Source: Thermodesulfobacteriota bacterium (GTDB lineage Bacteria > Desulfobacterota > Desulfarculia > JACQYL01). Taken from it: a DNA stretch of 64,000 nt. Each line of letters starts with the position of its first letter. Within the stretch, counting starts at the first letter, position 1. Shown here piece after piece: positions 1 to 8,407 of this stretch. The stretch spans positions 416,001-480,000 of the forward strand of contig CAXXLZ010000001.1 of the NCBI GenBank assembly GCA_963675595.2. The letters are read 5' to 3'. A model generated the notes under the pieces. The model made no database searches, was not told the DNA's origin, and worked only from the letters and a program-made list of their open reading frames with translations. Position numbers and translations under genes: made by a program.

Positions 1-39
1 AGAGCGTGTCGAAAGAACGTGAAGCATTGGCGTACTCTG

Positions 40-864
40 TCATGAATTAGGTCCATTTAATTGTTTTGCGACATAAGAGGCGATTCCCCCTGCGGCGGAG
101 TTGCAGCATCGGGAAAAGCTGGGCCAGTCGTTGAGATCGACGAGCAATACCCCGCCCGAAGGGGTCAGGATAAGGTCCCCGCCGTATATTTCCAGTCCGG
201 CGGCATCGGCCGCGCGACGAACGCAGTCCACGAGGGCGGAAGAAGGGGAGTCGATCAGGGTGCCGTCCGGGATACGGTAGGCACGGAAGTAGGCGCCCTT
301 ACCTACGCCGTAAAATTTCACTTCTTCTCCCCGCACGTGCTCTTGAAGCAGAATTTCACGGATGTCCGACTCTCGATAATGGCGCAACGCGATTTCCAGG
401 TCTTCGTCCGATTCGACCAGAACCACGTCTCCTTTCCTGACGGCATGCACGTCCCCTCGTTTCAGCCAGAAGGGAAACGGAAAAATGGAGGAAGGCTCCT
501 TCCTTTCCAACTCTTCCGTGGAAACGATTCGGCTGGAGGGCATGGGAACGCGGGCATCCTCGAGGGCTCGAATAAGAGATGCGCGAAAGCAGGTGCGAAC
601 CGATCGCACGGAATTGACGATGCGGACTCCGTTCGTGCCCACTCGCTCCAACTCGGCAAGGGCCTCACGAGATTGAGCCATACTGAGCACGAGAGCCCGA
701 TCGCCTTTGAGCATCGCGATCTCGTCGAGTCGCAGCGTACGAGTGCGAAAACCGAGGCGTGACAGCTCTGCAAGACTTTTCTGCAGAATCGCGGCGTCCT
801 CCGAAACCTTGCCCGGAGAGAAGACCGATTCTCTGAGCACGCCGTAAATCATTGTCGGATTCAA
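40..864 (-). CDS. ATP-grasp fold protein (RimK/ITPK1-like), last visible gene of the inositol operon
   Basis: Motifs PFWLKRG, LLQEHVRG..VKFYGV, IYGGDLIL, LVDLNDWPSF typical of ATP-grasp C-terminal domains; start overlaps stop of upstream gene (861-864). Confidence 0.7.
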   Translation of the reverse strand: MNPTMIYGVLRESVFSPGKVSEDAAILQKSLAELSRLGFRTRTLRLDEIAMLKGDRALVLSMAQSREALAELERVGTNGVRIVNSVRSVRTCFRASLIRALEDARVPMPSSRIVSTEELERKEPSSIFPFPFWLKRGDVHAVRKGDVVLVESDEDLEIALRHYRESDIREILLQEHVRGEEVKFYGVGKGAYFRAYRIPDGTLIDSPSSALVDCVRRAADAAGLEIYGGDLILTPSGGVLLVDLNDWPSFSRCCNSAAGGIASYVAKQLNGPNS

Positions 865-1571
865 TGGCCGCCCGTTTCTCTGAGGTAGTCCTCAGCTTTC
901 TGGATGTCCGCCGGGTGATCCACGTCAATGGTCTTCGGGATCGGCACACCATACAGGGGAAAGCCGGACTCCGTCAATAGCGCGAGAAACTCTCTGAGAG
1001 CTCCGAGATTGCGCCGTCGAGCCTCCGGGATCAGAGTAAAAATATCGGGACCGAAATGGTACAAACCCGCCGTCACAAAAGGAGTGGGGCGCGCTTCGGG
1101 ACCCAAACGCATTATTCGGCCCGAAGAATCGTCCATTTTGGCCCAAAGAGGTTTTTCGTCGTCGACATAGTCGGTCAGGGCCAAGACGGCCCCCGCATCC
1201 GAAAAAGTCAGTGCCTTGGACAAGAAAAGCGATGGAACCTCGGGGCGAAACACCGCATCCACCGTGAAGAGCAGAAAGGGTTCTCCTCCAAGTAACGGTT
1301 GAAGTCCAAAAAGACTTTCCATGGAACTAGGCGTCGTCCGAACCACCAGATCGACCGGGAGCGGCCAGGGACCACGCTCCAAATACGTCTTCACTTCGAC
1401 ATTCACTTCGTTGATGATGCACGCCACCGATTCGGCGCCTGCGGAGTGCGCGGCTTTGATGACCCTGGCAATCAAGGCGTCGCCCAAGATGGGGACCAAG
1501 GGTTTGGACACGGGAATTCCGCCTTTTGTCATTCTTTCTCCCATGCCCGCCGCAATAATTCCCGCTTTCAT
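861..1571 (-). CDS. Nucleotidyltransferase (NTP_transferase family; putative inositol-1-phosphate cytidylyltransferase)
   Basis: N-terminal GIIAAGMGERM...SKPLV signature, C-terminal IDVDHPADI; 4-bp overlaps with both neighbours. Confidence 0.8.
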   Translation of the reverse strand: MKAGIIAAGMGERMTKGGIPVSKPLVPILGDALIARVIKAAHSAGAESVACIINEVNVEVKTYLERGPWPLPVDLVVRTTPSSMESLFGLQPLLGGEPFLLFTVDAVFRPEVPSLFLSKALTFSDAGAVLALTDYVDDEKPLWAKMDDSSGRIMRLGPEARPTPFVTAGLYHFGPDIFTLIPEARRRNLGALREFLALLTESGFPLYGVPIPKTIDVDHPADIQKAEDYLRETGGH

Positions 1572-2287
1572 GACAGTAACGCCTCCAATTGATCCAGCGC
1601 CGTGATGCAGGCGTCGATCGCCCCGGGTGCCTCAGGCAATCTGGGATTCGGCCCTTTCATCCAAATCGTGACCATTCCCAGCTCTCGGGCCGGTACCATA
1701 TCTCGTTCGAAGGAATCTCCTACGAAGGCCACTTGCTCCGGGGAAAGCCCCAGGGAAGCGATCGCCGTTCGGAATAATCGAGGATCGGGTTTGGCTAATC
1801 CGACTCGGGTAGAGTCCAGAATCACGTCGAGAGACGAGGCGAGGCCTGCCTCGCCGCAAAGCACCTCTACGTTGCCGTAGAAATTGGACACTACCCCCAT
1901 GCGGAATCTGGGACGGAGTCCCGCTAGTATGACGGCGTTTCGGGAAAGGAAAGACTCCGTTTTCTTGCAGAAACTTCCGACGATTTCGGCTTCTCCGGCC
2001 GGATCATCGATTCCCAGCTCAAGAAACTGGAGATGAACGTGGTGGGTCATCAGTGGGCGAAGGCCCAAAATATTCACACTCGGGTCTTCATCGCAACGGC
2101 GATCCGCCTGGTAAAAAACTCGCTTAATCTCCTCGAAGGGAATATCCGGAAGGCTCTCGCGGTAGTGTTCTACGAACCTGTCGAGCCAGTGTTCGCCGTC
2201 GGAGTCCAGCGTCCCGCCGAAATCGAAAAGGATCCCCCGACAACCGGAGATCCTTTTCATATTGTTACATATTTCCGGAACAATCAC
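1568..2287 (-). CDS. HAD-superfamily hydrolase (phosphatase)
   Basis: Motif I LFDFGGTLD, motif II VVSN, motifs III/IV KPDP...FVGDS..RD. Confidence 0.85.
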   Translation of the reverse strand: MIVPEICNNMKRISGCRGILFDFGGTLDSDGEHWLDRFVEHYRESLPDIPFEEIKRVFYQADRRCDEDPSVNILGLRPLMTHHVHLQFLELGIDDPAGEAEIVGSFCKKTESFLSRNAVILAGLRPRFRMGVVSNFYGNVEVLCGEAGLASSLDVILDSTRVGLAKPDPRLFRTAIASLGLSPEQVAFVGDSFERDMVPARELGMVTIWMKGPNPRLPEAPGAIDACITALDQLEALLS

Positions 2288-2329
2288 GTGACTAATTTAT
2301 CCTGAAGGATTGGAACCCCACATCGATCT

Positions 2330-3505
2330 TTAGATTTCAGTGGCTTTCCTCACGGGAACCTGCTCGTCGGGGGTGGATCGAGGTTCATTGGACGACGCGG
2401 CTCGGACCCCCCAACTTCCTTGAATAAAGGCCTCCGTCATGCGGAACGCCTCGTCGTCGCTGTACTGTCGGGGAGGATGTTTCATGAAATAAGAGGAGGG
2501 TGCGTATAAGACGCCGCCTTCTCCCCGGATCAGCGCCAGTTTGCAGCAACGGATCGCATCAATGACCACTCCGGCGGAGTTGGGCGAGTCCTCCACGGAA
2601 AGGCGCAGTTCCAGGTTCATGGGAACGTCGCCGAAGAGCTTGCCTTCCATTCGGATGAAACACAGCTTGTTGTCTTTCTGCCAAGCTACATAATCACTGG
2701 GACCGATGTGGATATTCTCGTCCTCCAGCCGACGCGCGGCCACGGATTGGACCGCCTCGGTCTTGGATTCCTTTTTCGAAAGCAGACGAGAGCGGTTGAG
2801 CATATTCAGAAAATCGGTATTTCCGCCGGTGTTCAACTGGTAAGTGCGCTCCAGTTTGGCTCCTCGTTTCTTGAACAGATCGGTCAGGGTGCGATGAACG
2901 ATGGTCGCCCCGAACTGAGACTTGATGTCGTCTCCGATGATGGGCAGTTTCTTCTCGGCGAATCGAGCGGCCCATTCCGGATCACTGGCGATGAACACCG
3001 GAATGTTGTTGACGAACGCGGTTCCCGCTTCGAGAGCGCATTCGGCGTAAAACCGGGCGGCCTGCTCGGACCCCACCGGTAGATAGTTCAACAGCACTTC
3101 GGCGCCCGACTCTTTCAACACGGACACCACTTCTTCTTTGGTCGGCTGCGGTTTATCGGCGGGGACAAAGGTGTATGAATCCGGATAATCCTTCATGTGG
3201 TCCGAAAAGCCGTCCAGAATTCGCCCCATTCTCACGGAAACGCCCGTTCGTTGAATATTTTCACAGAAAACTTGGGTGCAATTGGGCGCTTGGAATATGG
3301 CCTCCGACAGGTCTTTGCCGACTTTCCGACTGTCGATGTCGAACGCCGCCACCACTTCTATGTTGTGCGGTTTGTAGCCGGCGATGTCCAAATGCATCAA
3401 ACCGATGGCTTCATCGCCCGTCCTGTTCAGATAGAAATGGATCCCCTGTACCAGAGAGCTTGCGCAGTTCCCAACTCCGATAATGGCGATCTTGATGTTC
3501 TCCAT
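2330..3505 (-). CDS. ino1: myo-inositol-1-phosphate synthase
   Basis: IAIIGVGNCASSLVQG, NYLPVGSEQA, IIGDDIKSQFGATI, QLNTGGNTDFLNM, SVEDSPNSAG motifs; SD AAGGAG upstream. Confidence 0.95.
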   Translation of the reverse strand: MENIKIAIIGVGNCASSLVQGIHFYLNRTGDEAIGLMHLDIAGYKPHNIEVVAAFDIDSRKVGKDLSEAIFQAPNCTQVFCENIQRTGVSVRMGRILDGFSDHMKDYPDSYTFVPADKPQPTKEEVVSVLKESGAEVLLNYLPVGSEQAARFYAECALEAGTAFVNNIPVFIASDPEWAARFAEKKLPIIGDDIKSQFGATIVHRTLTDLFKKRGAKLERTYQLNTGGNTDFLNMLNRSRLLSKKESKTEAVQSVAARRLEDENIHIGPSDYVAWQKDNKLCFIRMEGKLFGDVPMNLELRLSVEDSPNSAGVVIDAIRCCKLALIRGEGGVLYAPSSYFMKHPPRQYSDDEAFRMTEAFIQGSWGVRAASSNEPRSTPDEQVPVRKATEI

Positions 3506-3859
3506 CAGTGGTTCATCTCCTTCCTCGGTCTCCTAAAAGGCGGGTACGTCAAAGCTGATAACCCGCAGCCCCCTTGGGTTTCCGACAGGTGATCGTATGG
3601 AGGTCCAGCTGTGTGATGAAAAAAGGCGAAAACCAAAGGCACGATGTTCGTGCCTGCATCAGGTTTCGGCAGGCACGACGGTTTCAACTCGTACGCGGGA
3701 TGCCGAAGCCGTTCGAGGACAATTTGGGTTTTCGCCGATTCGTATTCCGAGTCGTCAGAGCAAGATCGACGGGGACACGGACCCTCCCTTGTTGCATCAA
3801 TATGACCTAAAAAGAGCGTATCCCCTGCTTAAAGCCGCCTGACGCTTTTTGTCAATGAC

Positions 3860-3888
3860 TTGTTAGCATTTTGCCGTAATTGTGTAAA
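3860..3888 (-). promoter_or_regulatory. Candidate sigma70 promoter for the ino1 operon
   Basis: Minus strand TTTACA-N17-TAACAA with TG extended -10; imperfect match. Confidence 0.3.
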
Positions 3889-4016
3889 GCACTGTCTCGT
3901 GCCGGGGCCTCTCTTAACGTAAGCGTCACGGGACGAGGAGCGGTTTTTTCCCCCTCCACGACGACTGAAACGGCGAAAGCGCGTGAGTAAGGCTTCATCG
4001 GGCGAGAAACGTCCAA

Positions 4017-5054
4017 GTGGTCTCGCAAGCAGGGAGTCTTGGAAACACAGGGGGGTGGGATATGCTTTGTCTCCGAATTGTCACAAACGGATGGAAGCCG
4101 CTCATGGATTGCGATCGTCTATCACGCGCCGTCTTTGTCTTTCAGGGTCAGCCATGACAATATCAGGAAAAAGGCCGGCGAGCCCAAGGCGCTCAGTATG
4201 AGGAACCATTCCAGTTTGCCCCACAGTGCCAGGATCACCACCAGATAGATAAAATCTCGTCGGGTCAGGGCGTCCGCCACCCTGCCGAGGCGGCCGGGGG
4301 CGGCGGTGGTTTGAACGGAGGTGAACAACGGGCCGTCTCCGCTTTTACGGCGCATGGTGCGCCAATACACCAGTCCCGCGGAACCGATGGTCCCCAATAC
4401 CGCGGACGCGGAAAGGACGAGTGGAACCTGGGAAGTGATCCGGTCGCTCCAAGATAGGCCGATGCAGAAGAACACGGCACAGTGGACCACGTTATCTCCC
4501 CAGAAGTCCAGAAGCCCTCCGAAACGACTTTCCTGGTGGTCTCGCAAGCAGGGAGTCTTGGAAACACAGGGGGGTGGGATATGCTTTGTCTCCGAATTGT
4601 CACAAACGGATGGAAGCCGCTCATGGATTGCGATCGTCTATCACGCGCCGTCTTTGTCTTTCAGGGTCAGCCATGACAATATCAGGAAAAAGGCCGGCGA
4701 GCCCAAGGCGCTCAGTATGAGGAACCATTCCAGTTTGCCCCACAGTGCCAGGATCACCACCAGATAGATAAAATCTCGTCGGGTCAGGGCGTCCGCCACC
4801 CTGCCGAGGCGGCCGGGGGCGGCGGTGGTTTGAACGGAGGTGAACAACGGGCCGTCTCCGCTTTTACGGCGCATGGTGCGCCAATACACCAGTCCCGCGG
4901 AACCGATGGTCCCCAATACCGCGGACGCGGAAAGGACGAGTGGAACCTGGGAAGTGATCCGGTCGCTCCAAGATAGGCCGATGCAGAAGAACACGGCACA
5001 GTGGACCACGTTATCTCCCCAGAAGTCCAGAAGCCCTCCGAAACGACTTTCCTG
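4017..5054. repeat. Exact 519-bp head-to-tail tandem duplication (4017-4535 and 4536-5054)
   Basis: Both units begin GTGGTCTCGCAAGCAGGG and end GAAACGACTTTCCTG; ORF stops at 4122 and 4641 differ by 519; no mismatch seen in the stretches compared. Confidence 0.95.
4122..4535 (-). pseudogene. Duplicated 3' fragment of the CDP-alcohol phosphotransferase gene
   Basis: Protein QESRFGG...KDKDGA identical to C-terminus of the 4641-5816 product; lacks first half of the catalytic motif. Confidence 0.8.
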
Positions 5055-5816
5055 AAACTTGATCCGGGCGATTTCCCCGTCACAGCCGTCCAGGATCGAA
5101 TGGCCCAGAAACAACAGAGCCCCAGCCACTTGTACGGCGAGGACGTCCGGGACCATGAGCAGGGCTCCCAGCAGGCCCACGGTCAGGCTGATCAGAGTCA
5201 TCTGGTTGGGAGTGATGGAGGTGTTCACCAAACGCCGACTCAAAGCCAGAGAAATCCTGCGTTCGAAATGCCTGGACATGAAGCCTTCAGTGTCTTTGAT
5301 GAGAGACCTGAACAAATTTCGTTCAGCCTTTTCCAGTTTCCGTCTATCCCGAACATCATAGATCGTTCCCGAAACGGTTCGCGGTGACGGGTTCTCTCGC
5401 TCCACGGCGTGACGGATTTCGGAGAAACTTCTCTCGACCCACACGACACGCAATAATTCAACTGCGGTGTCGCCCGGCAGACCCAACACTTCGGGGCTTC
5501 CCGCCACGGTGAAAGGTACATCGTTCGGCGAAGTTTCCTGAATGCTCTCCAAGAATTCCATATCCGGGAGGTAACCGTTTTCAAGAAGGATGTACAAACT
5601 GCCGGGCCGATCGCCCACTTCTTGAGCACTCGATGCGAACACCGCGCCGCATTCCGCCACTTCACGAGGCACGGGTCGCTCACAAAGCACGACGACTTCC
5701 CGTATTCCAGCCTTCTTCGACGCCGACACCAGACGTTGAAGAAGTGGGAGTCCGGCTACACGCACGGCCGTGTTCGGCTCGGTTCCGAGAGCCGATATCA
5801 CCAAGACGGTCTTCAA
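4641..5816 (-). CDS. CDP-alcohol phosphotransferase with degenerate N-terminal nucleotidyltransferase-like domain (IPCT/DIPPS-like architecture)
   Basis: Signature DGCDGEIAR-x8-G-x3-D-x3-D, ITPNQMT, several TM helices; N-terminal VAGLPLLQRLV resembles NTP transferases; TTG start at 5816 with GAAGGA SD. Confidence 0.88.
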   Translation of the reverse strand: MKTVLVISALGTEPNTAVRVAGLPLLQRLVSASKKAGIREVVVLCERPVPREVAECGAVFASSAQEVGDRPGSLYILLENGYLPDMEFLESIQETSPNDVPFTVAGSPEVLGLPGDTAVELLRVVWVERSFSEIRHAVERENPSPRTVSGTIYDVRDRRKLEKAERNLFRSLIKDTEGFMSRHFERRISLALSRRLVNTSITPNQMTLISLTVGLLGALLMVPDVLAVQVAGALLFLGHSILDGCDGEIARIKFQESRFGGLLDFWGDNVVHCAVFFCIGLSWSDRITSQVPLVLSASAVLGTIGSAGLVYWRTMRRKSGDGPLFTSVQTTAAPGRLGRVADALTRRDFIYLVVILALWGKLEWFLILSALGSPAFFLILSWLTLKDKDGA

Positions 5817-6036
5817 AACGAATCCTTCGATCTTTTTTACATGGGTGCGTCGCAAACCCGCACGAAGCACGACCGGGAAGAAGAGCTTCTCGCCGGCGAA
5901 GTCCTCAACGCAGGAAAATCAATGAACCGGGAAGCCTGGAATTTCTCACAACGGGAGGCCGACTTCAAGAGCTTCAAAGAAGCCGAGCGCTCCCGGCCGA
6001 GACCGATTGAGGGCGGTTCGGTCTCGGGTCCCTCCG

Positions 6037-7098
6037 TTATCGAATCGGCGGGACTCCTGCGGAGGTGGTGGGACTCTTGCGGAGACGGAGTTGATTCCAT
6101 AGGTGTATCGCATAGAACAGGGGCACGTGGTCGCGCAGGGAAGGGAGAGAACCCAATAGTTCGGAGTTCTCGTCCGTTTGAGGGATTTCTTCGTGAATCT
6201 CACCTTGGGCATCAATATATTTCAACTTTCCCACATGAACATAAGGCGGGAAAGGGGGAAGCTCGGTCACCACGTCGTTGTGGTGCACAAAACGGTAAGC
6301 GGTGACGGGAAATCGATTCCGAAATTCTTCGTCGCCCACCTTGGGGGAACCGAAGGTGTAAAGACCCTGGATATAGGGATAACGGGAAGCCGCCACGGTG
6401 GCCAGCGCCGCTCCCAGGCTGTGGCCCGTGAGCCAGATTTTCGATCCTTCGGCTCTAAGGGCGTCCAGATAAGCTCTTAATCCCTCCTTTTCCCAGACTT
6501 CGTCCAACGCCTCGTTGAAACCATGGTGGACTTTGCCTCCTGCCGGGATTTCATCCATCCAAAGGGAGAAGTCGGTCCTTAAGTCGTTAATAATGTTTAG
6601 GATGTCGTACCATTGCCCCTCGGAGCGGACTTCGGTTCCGCGAAAGGCCACCACGGTGAAGTTTCCCTTACGGGCCGTGAAGCACTGGGTGCTGCGGCCG
6701 CTGAAAAACCGCACGTCGGAAAAACCGGCTTTTTCAAACTCTCTCGTTACAAACCCTGGTGAAGCGAAGACCAGGGTGGACGCTTCAATAAGCCACCACG
6801 CATTGACGAGGTCGAACCTTTCCGCGTAGGGGTTGAAGGGAAAGGATCGATGATCCTTGAAATACTCGTAATCCGGATAGGGGGGGCGCAGGTTTTTCAG
6901 AGTGATCTCAGGAAGGGGCCTCTTTTCAGGGCGTTGACTGTCGAGGACGGAATTGTCGTCCCGATCGGAAGGCTCGGCGGCAACCCCCCAGGCCGGCTCC
7001 CGCAGGTTCGGCAGGTCGGTCGAGAGCGCATATGAAGAAACCTGAGATACAAAAATTAGAGCGACGAAAATGAGGATCCCGGTCTGTAAGTGTTTCAT
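6037..7098 (-). CDS. Secreted lipase (class 3)
   Basis: VAFRGT, WLTGHSLGAALA nucleophile elbow, TFGSPKVG, HHNDVV, DH; signal peptide MKHLQTGILIFVALIF; AAGGAGA SD before ATG at 7098. Confidence 0.88.
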   Translation of the reverse strand: MKHLQTGILIFVALIFVSQVSSYALSTDLPNLREPAWGVAAEPSDRDDNSVLDSQRPEKRPLPEITLKNLRPPYPDYEYFKDHRSFPFNPYAERFDLVNAWWLIEASTLVFASPGFVTREFEKAGFSDVRFFSGRSTQCFTARKGNFTVVAFRGTEVRSEGQWYDILNIINDLRTDFSLWMDEIPAGGKVHHGFNEALDEVWEKEGLRAYLDALRAEGSKIWLTGHSLGAALATVAASRYPYIQGLYTFGSPKVGDEEFRNRFPVTAYRFVHHNDVVTELPPFPPYVHVGKLKYIDAQGEIHEEIPQTDENSELLGSLPSLRDHVPLFYAIHLWNQLRLRKSPTTSAGVPPIR

Positions 7099-7479
7099 CA
7101 GGGTTCTCCTTTCGTGCGGCCGTTCCATTGAGCGGCGGAGTTGATTCCGTGGGAGCGCCGCCGTGAGAAGGGCGAAGTCGGCCAGTCCTTTGAATGCGGC
7201 TTGTTTCCTTTGACACCGAGGAACAACATCGGCTTAATCGATCTCAACGACGGTGGAACAATCTCCGACGGAAGGCCCGTCGTCGGAACCTCGGGGGTTG
7301 ATATTCACGAAGAGGTCTGTTCAGGGATTCCCCCCTCGTCCGGTTATGGACTACTATTCCCTATGGGGGGCAACGAGCTTGGGGTTCGAGTGTATCCAGC
7401 TGATATAACAAGAAACGGTTGGAGTAAGCCCGTTGTCGATCGGTTGTTCCTTACCGGACTATGACGACGGTCTTCATCC

Positions 7480-8056
7480 CTTTCCACAGAGGGTTTTCGG
7501 GCGGCCGGTCCAGGTCCGAAGTGATCCGGTAGCGTTAGGTTTCGATGCGGCCATAGTTTTCGCCCGCTGTTTCAGATAATCATAACTCATGTCCCGGTAT
7601 TCGGACCGGAGTCAATCAGGAGCAAAAAAGCCGAGGTCCTCAGGAAAGCGTCCCAGGTTGCCTTTGAGGGCCGAAATGGATTCGATTTTCCCCGGAACCA
7701 CGACCGTGAGGTCGACTCAGGGCCTTGCAGCCAATAGTTCCAGTCTCTTTTTGAGACAAAGTCCGGATGACTCGAAGCCAACTCACGAAAGCTCCCTGAG
7801 ACTCCACCGGATCGATGCCGCTGGAAATCCGGGAAAAAGACACATGCGAGGGAATGCCGTGGGACAAACCCAAGAACATCCGGAACCGGTCTTCTTTGCA
7901 ACGGCCAAAGCCTGCATCCGTCACACCCGCCGCAGATGCAAATGACCGCGCAAAGGGCAATGGCAACCGTATCTTTGAGTTTACGGCTCTTGTTCGATAC
8001 ATCGGCTCCGTCAGATCGGAGAAATGTTCTTCAAAGGTCGTCTTGGCATCGCCCAA
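7480..8056 (-). mobile_element. Degraded ISAs1-family (H-repeat) transposase remnant
   Basis: FEEHFSDLTEP, FLGLSHGIPSHVSFSRI..IDP, IGCKALSR match ISAs1 N-terminal motifs; a second frame at ~7500-7575 reads ETAGENYGRIET*RY (cf. HGRIETR) with an in-frame stop; large internal deletions. Confidence 0.75.
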
Positions 8057-8407
8057 GTCCAGCCTCTTGATGACATTGATGTTATCAAGTACATAAAACG
8101 TGTAGCCTTACCCGCCGATGTTCATTTGTTCTTCCCAAATGAGGATTCCCTGGTTTCATACCGAAACGGACTGGTTTCCAAAATGATTCGCTTGAAAAAC
8201 GCCCATAATCGAAGCTAGACAAATCCGATAGGCGTGAATGCCCGGAGTCCCGCCTTGAAGAACGAAAATAGGCCCCGTCAAGAGCCGCTCCTTTCTCACT
8301 TCACTCGAGCCGACATGACCGACAGCGTTCTTGGCGGGGGCCCGGCGGAAGACCCCGGTGCGAGGAATCGGGCAACTCCACGTACCTTTTTCCGCTGGGA
8401 CCTTCCG

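Noticed and set aside
3671-3686. AGGCAC-GACGG-TTTCA as a sigma54 promoter
   Set aside because: -12 element broken and it points away from ino1 with no plus-strand gene downstream
4122-4547. 141-aa ORF as an independent gene
   Set aside because: Created by the tandem duplication; chance TTG start and only half of the catalytic motif
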